This document shows, one piece after another, positions 28,420 through 35,431 of a stretch of 64,000 bases of DNA. Source of the DNA: a virus. A program made the position numbers and the translations under genes. The DNA lies in the IMG/VR virus record IMGVR_UViG_3300015249_000001, positions 1-64,000 of that record. One strand, given 5' to 3'. Under the pieces are notes generated by a model. That model had not been told where the DNA came from. It worked only from the letters and a program-made list of their open reading frames with translations, and did no database searches. The stretch's first letter is position 1, and each line of letters opens with the position of its first letter.

Positions 28420-29322
28420 ATGGAAAATCAAATGACAATAAAACTAACCTTCTCAAACCTACCAGCGGGGATCACCTTACCTGAATCCCCAACCTACGAG
28501 GATGTGGCCGAGCAGGCCCGCCTCTTTGGGCTTACTGGCAAGGTGCAAGCCAGCAAGTTATTCTTTGACGCCTTGGCATCACAAGACGTTAACAGTTTTG
28601 TATTTTTTGCAAACGCGGCCAAGGTGGCGGGGGCCGATGACGTTTTCGGGCCAATGCGTAATTACGCTACAAACTACCTTATCGGCAAGGATAATAAAAT
28701 TCTGCCTGTTGGGGTGACAATTGGCAAAACCAGGGACGGCCTCATGCGCCTGACACATCAAACACCCAGCATGATTGAGAAGCTGGCCGTCCTGGACAAA
28801 ATCGGCCCTATGCTTAAAAAGGTTACGGATGAAAGCATCCGGGCCGAATTGGCCGCCATGTCAGAAAGTAGCCTCAAAGCAGCCCAATACAAACTTGACT
28901 CTGTGGCCCTTGCCCTTGCAGACCAACAAGAGTTGGCAACCATGCAAGCTGAATTAGCCAAGCTAAAGGCTAACCGCACAGAAGAACAACTCGTGCACCT
29001 TGCCAAGCTGGCAAGGATTGAAGACCAAATCGATTGCTGCCTTGAGTGGGCAGAGGCTGAGGCGGCGGCGAAAGCCGAAGCCGAAGCCGAAGCCGAAGCC
29101 GAAAAAGAAATGGCCCCCGCCGCTGACAAGGGCGCCATTACGGCCCCCCGCGAGAAAGACAGCGGCAAGGTCAGCCCAGCCGCCACTATAAGCCCAGACG
29201 CACGCAAACGGGCTAAAGACCTGCTGTACTGGCTACTAGAGCAAGGGCCCAGCACGGCTGAATTGCTGGCTTTGGAAACACTCTTGCACGATTACGTGCA
29301 GGAACACGTAATCGCGGCATAA
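28420..29322 (+). CDS. hypothetical protein with (AE)n tract
   Basis: 300 aa; GGAAAAGGACA before ATG; coiled-coil-like middle, AEAEAEAEAE tract. Confidence 0.6.
   Translation: MENQMTIKLTFSNLPAGITLPESPTYEDVAEQARLFGLTGKVQASKLFFDALASQDVNSFVFFANAAKVAGADDVFGPMRNYATNYLIGKDNKILPVGVTIGKTRDGLMRLTHQTPSMIEKLAVLDKIGPMLKKVTDESIRAELAAMSESSLKAAQYKLDSVALALADQQELATMQAELAKLKANRTEEQLVHLAKLARIEDQIDCCLEWAEAEAAAKAEAEAEAEAEKEMAPAADKGAITAPREKDSGKVSPAATISPDARKRAKDLLYWLLEQGPSTAELLALETLLHDYVQEHVIAA
29074..29103 (+). repeat. hexanucleotide tandem repeat GCCGAA x5
   Basis: read directly; encodes (AE)5 within 28420-29322. Confidence 0.9.
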
Positions 29323-29328
29323 CCCTAA

Positions 29329-29352
29329 GGCCCGCCGCAAACGCGGCGGGCC
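29329..29352 (+). other. perfect 10-bp GC hairpin without U-tract
   Basis: GGCCCGCCGC-AAAC-GCGGCGGGCC between two co-oriented genes. Confidence 0.6.
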
Positions 29353-29378
29353 ACTTATAACCTAAAGAGGGAAAGACA

Positions 29379-29612
29379 ATGAAACTTTACTCACCACAAA
29401 AGGCCCTTGCCACTGCAAGGGATTTAAAAACTAAGCCAAGGTACGCCCACTGTTACCAAAAAGTGACAGCGGCCCAACTGGCATTCCTGATAAGGAATGC
29501 CGTCACAGTCATGGACCGGCCCCGCTACCCGTTCGGGTACCGCCGCTGGGTTTATGCCATCGAGAAAAATTGCTTCCGCACGTTCTACGGGCGTGACATG
29601 GGGGCCTTATGA
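29379..29612 (+). CDS. hypothetical protein
   Basis: 77 aa; AGGGAAAGACA before ATG (cassette-type initiation region). Confidence 0.55.
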   Translation: MKLYSPQKALATARDLKTKPRYAHCYQKVTAAQLAFLIRNAVTVMDRPRYPFGYRRWVYAIEKNCFRTFYGRDMGAL

Positions 29613-29878
29613 AAACCTTAAATCCAGTAAACCTGGAACACAAGAGGCACGGCCTAAAAAGGCACGTTTTCGGTGGTGCCTACCACCAACATGGGGCGGT
29701 TATAAGCAACATACGGGCCTTGTTGCATGGGCTAGGTTACGACTGTAGCCTTCTCATGGATGCGGAAATTTTGGCCTTTTGGCCCATCGTACAAGACGTG
29801 GAAAGTGGCGATGAAGACACGTCGGCCCTGTTGGAAGTGTTGGACTTCAATTCAACAGGGGGCAAGGCATCAAAATAG
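29609..29878 (+). CDS. hypothetical protein
   Basis: 89 aa; ATGA overlap with previous gene. Confidence 0.5.
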   Translation: MKTLNPVNLEHKRHGLKRHVFGGAYHQHGAVISNIRALLHGLGYDCSLLMDAEILAFWPIVQDVESGDEDTSALLEVLDFNSTGGKASK

Positions 29879-30022
29879 AAATTAAGCAGAAACATGGGTT
29901 ATTTTTCCTGGCCCGGACATATCGCCGGGGCCTTTATCGAATTGGCGGTTGAAAATTACAGGGAAAATCTAGGTATCACACCTAACTTATAAAGTCAATC
30001 ATTCCCACTATACCTAGTATGC

Positions 30023-30050
30023 AAAAAAGGGGCGAAAAGCCCCTTTTTTT
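30023..30050. terminator. bidirectional rho-independent terminator
   Basis: AAAAAA-GGGGC-GAAAA-GCCCC-TTTTTTT. Confidence 0.75.
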
Positions 30051-30135
30051 CGTTTAATTTTCGTGCCAAAAATAATACCAAGTATATAGAAGTCCTTACC
30101 TTGCCCCCCCGCAAATTCCATGCCATAATAAAAAA

Positions 30136-30165
30136 TTGCAATCACAAAAAGTGACTGTCTATATA
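30136..30165 (+). promoter_or_regulatory. promoter-like element with dyad in spacer
   Basis: TTGCAA, 18-nt spacer containing TCACAAAAAGTGA, TATATA. Confidence 0.3.
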
Positions 30166-30222
30166 GGGTAAGGCGTTACACGTGCTTTTTCCCCAGAATC
30201 GCAGCAATTCAACAATCACTTT

Positions 30223-30234
30223 TTGTAATTACAA
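30223..30234. promoter_or_regulatory. dyad TTGTAATTACAA (exact)
   Basis: within 22-nt long form AATCACTTTTTGTAATTACAAA (30214-30235); no gene follows. Confidence 0.7.
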
Positions 30235-30240
30235 AACGAG

Positions 30241-30256
30241 AGTCAAATATTTGACT
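30241..30256. repeat. 16-bp perfect palindrome AGTCAAATATTTGACT
   Basis: read directly in AT-rich non-coding region. Confidence 0.85.
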
Positions 30257-30512
30257 AACTTAAAAGATATGCTGACTAGGCTCAAAAATCAATCAACTGC
30301 TTGAAAAACAAAATCTTTTAAAAAGTCAATAGGCGCGTGAAAAGGGCCTGAAATGGTCGGTTTTTACTTTCTGACATTAACGCTTTTCTGGTTTTTGAGA
30401 AAGCGGGCAGAAAAGTGTCATTGTCTAATAGAGCTTAATTTCAATAACTTATCGAAAAAGTTCACCCAACATAGACGTAGGTATCCTTACAGCTTGTAAG
30501 GCAAGTCTTGGC

Positions 30513-30540
30513 AAATTGTAAGTTACATAACTTACAATTT
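30513..30540. repeat. 28-bp inverted repeat (13-bp arms, 2-nt spacer)
   Basis: AAATTGTAAGTTA-CA-TAACTTACAATTT; arms contain TTGTAA half-sites related to the genome-wide dyad. Confidence 0.9.
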
Positions 30541-31011
30541 GTAAATTATTAGCTGGCACAGTAATTGCATACAAACCCCTGAAACGCACGTCGTTCTAAC
30601 ATATTCGACTAAAAAAATCAGTTGACGATTTACAAGGCACTGATATACAACAACAAATAGTTTAAAAAGCCACTGAGCTTTTTTGTGGTCAAAAACGTAA
30701 TGTGTGATGAACCGTGCATTACAGACCAAAAAAATCGGTTTTTTCTTATCAAACGCCGGAAGTCCGCCGGTTTTTGGCCGTTTTTAGCCGAAAATCGGGC
30801 AGGTGCTTGGCAAGGGGCATCGTATAAATACCCCTTTATTAGTACTTATTAGAGCTATATACCATTGACGAAAAAAAAAGTACTTCTTTACAGTGTAAAG
30901 TATGTGCCTGACTATTGACGCTTTTTTGGTCAAGGGGCTGTAAGTTATTGATTTTATTTTGAAGGCTCTACAAGGTAGATGTTAGCTTTTCTTCGATAAT
31001 AGCTAACCGCT

Positions 31012-31025
31012 ATTTGTATACAAAT
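31012..31025. repeat. 14-bp perfect palindrome ATTTGTATACAAAT
   Basis: zero-spacer variant of the TTGTA/TACAA dyad. Confidence 0.85.
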
Positions 31026-31112
31026 TGCCATGTACCTGCCAGCTATCTCAGAATTGCCCAGTTGGCAAAATGTAAGGTACGATAACTTTTTGAAATTGAA
31101 AGAAAAATATTT

Positions 31113-31124
31113 TTGTAATCACAA
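31113..31124. promoter_or_regulatory. dyad TTGTAATCACAA (1 mismatch), long form in reverse orientation
   Basis: 31112-31133 is the reverse complement of AATCACTTTTTGTGATTACAAA. Confidence 0.6.
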
Positions 31125-31149
31125 AAAGTGATTAATTGCCTTGAAAATA

Positions 31150-31158
31150 GGGGGGGGG
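31150..31158. repeat. G9 homopolymer
   Basis: counted from sequence (31150 g plus eight g at 31151-31158), intergenic. Confidence 0.8.
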
Positions 31159-31379
31159 TCAAAATTTTTTCTAATATTAGGAGGCCAAAAAGTATCAAAC
31201 CGTCGGAGATTTATACAATCTGCCCTCTCCTACGCATCGACATTTTTTGGCCTTCAAAATTTATATTTTTTTTCTCCATACTGCCACAACCTAGCCGTTA
31301 GACCCTTTAAAACTTTATTTTCACTACCCGCAAAACCGCATTCTACCTACAACCTCACCAAAACTACGCGGAAGTGGTA

Positions 31380-31700
31380 CACCAAGCTCCTGCCCCTTGT
31401 CAACCCCCCTCCAGCCGGCCCAAAAAATCCAGTCCCCCCAGCCCCCTCCCTAGAAAAACCCCCCAAAAAACCCAACCCTCCCATACCATTCCCCTTTTTC
31501 TGCAAATTGGTTGAAATGAACCAATTTTTGAAATTTCAAAAAAACAACGTTCAATTAACCTCTCCTTACCATTCCCCTTTCCTTGCCCATTTTCCTCCGA
31601 CCATTCCCCCTGTACTGCCCCCTTTTCCCAAAACCTCCAAAAACTACCCGGAAGCATTTGTCAAGTTTATCGTATATCCCCTTCCCTTAAACCTCCACAG
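31380..31700 (+). other. C-rich/G-poor tract on + strand
   Basis: runs of C5-C7 separated by A-runs; very few G; contains AACCCCCCTCCA at 31402-31413; upstream of gene 31976. Confidence 0.6.
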
Positions 31701-31748
31701 GAAGTGTTAATGGACTATACTTTATTTTTTGCCAAAATCTTCTGACGG

Positions 31749-31777
31749 TTGACAAAAGTAATACCCAAGGGTACTAT
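31749..31777 (+). promoter_or_regulatory. sigma70-like promoter
   Basis: TTGACA (31749-54), 17-nt spacer, TACTAT (31772-77). Confidence 0.55.
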
Positions 31778-31975
31778 GCCCAGCAAGCCTAGTCTGACGG
31801 ATACCCCAAACGGTATTACAGTATATTTTACATATGTATTTGTAAGCTTTTGATTATTATAGAAAGTGCTAGTGACCATTTTTGTTCAATCCGTCGAACT
31901 TGCTTTACTCCGTGCCAATACTTTCCAAAATCCGGCACAACCGACCAAACTATTATCAACCAACAGGAAACAATA

Positions 31976-33742
31976 ATGACCACAGAACCTGAAATTCACC
32001 CTAAAGAACCAATGCAGAACTTAAAGCCAAGGTATGCCAACCTCCCGGAAGCATCCTATCCGGGAGGCTACCAGCCAACCTTGTACATAGCGCCAAGGCC
32101 AGCCTTGTACGACCACAGGGCGGAATCCACCACCCCCCTCCCCCATGTGCCGTCGCCCCCTCCCAACCCCTTGTGGGGACCCGTGTTCGACTGGGTGCAG
32201 CGGCAGGCGCCCTTCAACTACACGCCTGCCCACACCCACGCCTTCGGGGCGTCGGGGCCGGAAGCGCCAAGGCTGCTGGGGAGGGCGTCCAGCCTGCCGC
32301 ACGGCTACGACCACGCAGGGGCGCTGCCGTGCGGGGCGTTGAAGTTCTTTGATGTCCTTGCCTTCTTGGGGCAAACCGGGATGCCGCACGCACAGGCCAG
32401 GGTGCGCACGACGGGCATTGAGTTCGGCATGGCGGTGGCGGAATTGCCGGTGGCTTCAAGACTGACAGAAAACTTCAGTGGCAAGGCGCACAAGTGTGCG
32501 AAGCCGCCACGGAAGCGGGTGCTGAAAGTGTGCAGGTACACCTTGACGTGCGAAAGGTTCCTGCGCTTCTTGTGGGCGAAGCCGCCAAGGGACTGGGAAG
32601 GCAACGCCAAGCCGTTGGGGAGGCCGGCCAGCACGATGTCCTTGCAAGAACTTTCGGAAGCGTACCGGAAGCCGTTGCAGCGCCTGCCGGAAGGCCATTC
32701 CGCAAGGTATGTCCCACTTGACGAGCTGTCCTTGCCGGAAGAGGTGCGGCAATATGCCTGGGAGGCCCATGCCTGGATGGCGTCCGAAGGCATGGAAATC
32801 GAGGGTTCCCCGGAAGAGGACAGGTTGAAGCGCGGCGTGGACGTGCAGCCCGACCTTGTGGATTGCCGTGGCGGCAACCTGCGCCTTGCCGGGAAGCTGT
32901 TCCTGAACCCCCTGCCCTACCCCGCCAGCATGGCCTACACGTCATGGGAGGCGATGGCGGAATACAATTCCCTTGTCCCGGTGCTGTTCAAGGCGGCAGG
33001 GCACCACACGGGGATCTGGGAGGCCCACAGGACGGCATGGTCAGAAACCCACTTGGGTTACAAGGCAGTGTTGAATGGCGGCAGCGGCAACCTGCCGGAA
33101 GAGTGGAGGGCCAGGAGGTTCTCCAGCCGCAGCCCCTTCCGGGATGACCCTAAGTTTGTGGCCCAGGTCAACCAAAACCTCACCCTCTCCACGGGCACCC
33201 TTGTCGGTGCGGGCTTCTGGCACAAGGGGCCTTGGAAACTTGGCTTCGGGCAAGGCAGGCTGTATTGGAAGCCGGGGCATGTCAACAAGGTGGTCAGGAA
33301 AATCATGGAAAACTTCGGGCTGCCCCAATATGAAAAGCGCATTTCGTCCCTGCCGATGTCAGTGGAAGACCCTGCCGCGTACCTTGCGCATGGCTGGGCG
33401 GAAGACCCGTTCAGGCGGGACGCCACGGGCAAGGCGGCCAAGGCGTACCACTACCTCAAGGACGGCTGCGTGAGCCTGTCGCAGAGGCCGTCATGCAAGG
33501 GGCACCGGGAGAAGCTGCCTGCCGTGCACCCCATCGTGTACGCGCTCCTGTTCGGCCACAGCAGCCGGAAGCAGGAAGTGCTGACCTACCTGCTGCTGCC
33601 CACGGAAGAAGGCCACAGGGCGCTGGGCTTGCCCCCCTCGGACTATTACGACTTCTCTTGCATAGGGGCGCTTTACAAGGCGTCCCTTGGGTGGGCCGGC
33701 GAGGTGGAGGAAGGCGAGGTGCGCTGGGTTGAGCAGCAGTAA
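31976..33742 (+). CDS. large orphan protein
   Basis: 588 aa from ATG 31976 (AGGAAACAATA upstream); GC-rich; no motif recognised. Confidence 0.6.
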   Translation: MTTEPEIHPKEPMQNLKPRYANLPEASYPGGYQPTLYIAPRPALYDHRAESTTPLPHVPSPPPNPLWGPVFDWVQRQAPFNYTPAHTHAFGASGPEAPRLLGRASSLPHGYDHAGALPCGALKFFDVLAFLGQTGMPHAQARVRTTGIEFGMAVAELPVASRLTENFSGKAHKCAKPPRKRVLKVCRYTLTCERFLRFLWAKPPRDWEGNAKPLGRPASTMSLQELSEAYRKPLQRLPEGHSARYVPLDELSLPEEVRQYAWEAHAWMASEGMEIEGSPEEDRLKRGVDVQPDLVDCRGGNLRLAGKLFLNPLPYPASMAYTSWEAMAEYNSLVPVLFKAAGHHTGIWEAHRTAWSETHLGYKAVLNGGSGNLPEEWRARRFSSRSPFRDDPKFVAQVNQNLTLSTGTLVGAGFWHKGPWKLGFGQGRLYWKPGHVNKVVRKIMENFGLPQYEKRISSLPMSVEDPAAYLAHGWAEDPFRRDATGKAAKAYHYLKDGCVSLSQRPSCKGHREKLPAVHPIVYALLFGHSSRKQEVLTYLLLPTEEGHRALGLPPSDYYDFSCIGALYKASLGWAGEVEEGEVRWVEQQ

Positions 33743-33749
33743 TCACTTT

Positions 33750-33761
33750 TTGTCATTACAA
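33750..33761. promoter_or_regulatory. dyad TTGTCATTACAA (1 mismatch)
   Basis: long form 33741-33762, starts at the stop codon of 31976-33742 and precedes promoter 33772. Confidence 0.6.
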
Positions 33762-33771
33762 AAACTGTGCC

Positions 33772-33800
33772 TTGACGGCAACACTGTCAAGGTGTAAAGT
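33772..33800 (+). promoter_or_regulatory. sigma70-like promoter
   Basis: TTGACG, 17-nt spacer (contains CCTTGAC..GTCAAGG dyad), TAAAGT. Confidence 0.5.
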
Positions 33801-33806
33801 ATGGCT

Positions 33807-33929
33807 GTGCCCCCATCCAGGGGGCACTTACAGGGGCTATCGGTATGCCGGTGCGGGCGAAATACCGATAGCCCCAAGGTTATCGCTCCCCCTTGTGGCG
33901 GCCCCGCACAGCCGCCCCTGGGGGTTTTT
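33807..33929 (+). ncRNA. candidate structured leader / short RNA (three hairpins, last is a terminator)
   Basis: GTGCCCCC-5nt-GGGGGCAC (33807-27); 14-bp perfect stem 33833-46/33862-75; GC hairpin + TTTTT (33888-33929). Confidence 0.4.
33888..33929 (+). terminator. intrinsic terminator-like hairpin
   Basis: CCCCC..GGCGGC-8nt-GCCGCC..GGGGG followed by TTTTT, ending 1 nt before ATG 33930. Confidence 0.55.
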
Positions 33930-34331
33930 ATGGGGGATAAGATGGGTAATTTTTGTAACTTTATGTTGGGGGTGTCCATTGCCGCCGTGCTGGCTGCCCT
34001 TGGGTCCCTGGTGCGGGTCTTGGCGACCAGGGACCCAAAATTCAGGCGCGTCCCTGAGGCCCAGGACGCGCCCAAGTCTGTCCTTGCCCAGTGCAAGGAA
34101 GGCTACTCCCCCGCCCCGTACGACCCAGTCAGGTTCGTGGACATGGAAACGGTGGAGAAGGCGGAGAAGCCGCCATACCCTTATGACGGGTATGTCAAGC
34201 AGGTGGTGGGGTACAAGGTCGACAAGGGCCAACCCTTGGTGGACGTGGCCTTAAGGGAAAGTTTGCGGCAGCCCGGTGAGTTCCGCAGGAGGATGTGCGG
34301 CATGGCACATTGGGATGGCGGCGGCGAGTGA
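33930..34331 (+). CDS. small membrane protein
   Basis: 133 aa from ATG 33930 (MGDKMGNFCNFMLGVSIAAVLAALGSLVRVL, one TM); upstream 43 codons of track ORF coincide with RNA hairpins. Confidence 0.5.
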   Translation: MGDKMGNFCNFMLGVSIAAVLAALGSLVRVLATRDPKFRRVPEAQDAPKSVLAQCKEGYSPAPYDPVRFVDMETVEKAEKPPYPYDGYVKQVVGYKVDKGQPLVDVALRESLRQPGEFRRRMCGMAHWDGGGE

Positions 34332-34591
34332 CGGTCAAGTACGTCCTTTGCCCTTCCACGCAGGTGGATGCGCGCACGCTCGCTTCCTTATATGGGGTGG
34401 ACAGCAAGGAATGTATCGTCCTGCCCAACCTGAACGCCTGCTGGTTCAAGCGCTGGAAGCCGCCGCCCAAGGCGGTCTTGTTGGTGCCTGACCCTACCGG
34501 GCAGTATAAGCTGCCGGACAAGTCGCCTTGCACGGTGTATGATCTGAGGAAACAACAACTTGAAAGTGGAGGCCAAGATGAAAAAACGTAA
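34328..34591 (+). CDS. hypothetical protein
   Basis: 87 aa from GTG 34328 (GTGA overlap with previous stop); alternative ATG 34295. Confidence 0.4.
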   Translation: MTVKYVLCPSTQVDARTLASLYGVDSKECIVLPNLNACWFKRWKPPPKAVLLVPDPTGQYKLPDKSPCTVYDLRKQQLESGGQDEKT

Positions 34592-34703
34592 GAAATGCCA
34601 CACGTGTGGCAAGAGGGCAGTGCCCGTCGGCCTTGACCTGCTGGGCAGGGCCTTTTGTTCACGAGCCTGCCACGGCAAGCACTGCAAAAGTAAGGGGTTT
34701 TGA
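34578..34703 (+). CDS. 41-aa Cys/His-rich basic peptide (not in ORF track)
   Basis: GGAGG 6 nt upstream of ATG 34578; my translation MKKRKKCHTCGKRAVPVGLDLLGRAFCSRACHGKHCKSKGF. Confidence 0.45.
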   Translation: MKKRKKCHTCGKRAVPVGLDLLGRAFCSRACHGKHCKSKGF

Positions 34704-34704
34704 C

Positions 34705-34947
34705 ATGGGTGAAATATTCCTTAATGTGGAGGGCGAACCCTCCAAGGTCTATGCAGGCACCCGCATGAAAGATGGCAAGGTCAGCGGGCCTCACAGGCAG
34801 GAGGTGACAATGCAGGTATTGGGTGCTGTTGTGTCCCTTTTGCAAGGGGGCGGGAACATAGACCTTTACAGCGAAGAAGGAACTAACCCGTCCTGCCGGA
34901 TCACGGTGGAAAGCTTGCCTGCCAAGGGGCTTCCAGAAAGGGGCTGA
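34705..34947 (+). CDS. hypothetical protein
   Basis: 80 aa from ATG 34705 (AAGGGG upstream). Confidence 0.5.
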   Translation: MGEIFLNVEGEPSKVYAGTRMKDGKVSGPHRQEVTMQVLGAVVSLLQGGGNIDLYSEEGTNPSCRITVESLPAKGLPERG

Positions 34948-34948
34948 T

Positions 34949-35143
34949 ATGTTTGGATTCAAAGATGAACCCTTGTTTGAGGTTGATAGGTCTAGGTGTC
35001 CGCCGTCATGTTTACCAACCAGCCTGGATAAAACAAGTTTAGTAGACATAACGGCTGTTGGTGATACCTGGAGAAAATACATGGATAAAGAAACAGGGAA
35101 GGTTCACGATGGGGCTGAATATTATAGGCAGGCGGTTAAATGA
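34949..35143 (+). CDS. hypothetical protein
   Basis: 64 aa; AAAGGGG upstream; abuts previous stop. Confidence 0.45.
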   Translation: MFGFKDEPLFEVDRSRCPPSCLPTSLDKTSLVDITAVGDTWRKYMDKETGKVHDGAEYYRQAVK

Positions 35144-35152
35144 GGGTTACAC

Positions 35153-35398
35153 ATGCAAATACAAACTAAATTCGGCCTTGGCGAAATAGTTGCCAAAGAA
35201 ATCTATAAAGGCAATGAGCTTTTAGGCGATGAGCTGATGGAAGTCGTTGCAATAAGCGTTTCAAAAACCGGAACAGCTTATTTATGCAGGATGCCTAAAA
35301 CAATGCACCTGATACAATTCGAGGAACATGAATTGATTGGGGACCCTGATTATTGTCAGGAAACGGCTAGCTACCCTAAGGAGGAAGACGGTGCGTAA
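35153..35398 (+). CDS. hypothetical protein
   Basis: 81 aa; GAGGG SD. Confidence 0.55.
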   Translation: MQIQTKFGLGEIVAKEIYKGNELLGDELMEVVAISVSKTGTAYLCRMPKTMHLIQFEEHELIGDPDYCQETASYPKEEDGA

Positions 35399-35431
35399 AA
35401 CAAGCTATTTAACCTACTTTGAGGAATTAAA

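Noticed and set aside
29894-29992. 32-codon ORF (MGYFSWPGHIAGAFIELAVENYRENLGITPNL) just after gene 29609-29878
   Set aside because: It has no SD, overlaps a GC hairpin and sits immediately upstream of the strong terminator. It is too short to support without expression data.
30532-30729. 65-aa minus-strand ORF in the AT-rich region
   Set aside because: It has no SD, spans the 28-bp palindrome, and its hydrophobic, odd composition is typical of AT-rich random ORFs.
31141-31710. 189-aa Pro-rich ORF with a TTG start in the C-rich tract
   Set aside because: The frame is open only because the tract is almost G-free, so TAG and TGA cannot occur. It has no SD, a non-ATG start, and a composition unlike all other genes here. 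The same effect creates the 86-codon N-terminal extension of the track ORF 27218-28174.
30513-33742. Protelomerase plus telomere-resolution palindrome (N15-like), considered for the 588-aa protein and the adjacent palindromes
   Set aside because: I could not find tyrosine-recombinase or TelN-like catalytic signatures in the protein. The palindromes are shorter than known tel sites. It is kept only as a generic 'test DNA binding' suggestion.
34195-35082. 295-aa minus-strand ORF
   Set aside because: It overlaps five tightly packed, SD-bearing plus-strand genes and has no start context. It is opposite to the local transcription direction.
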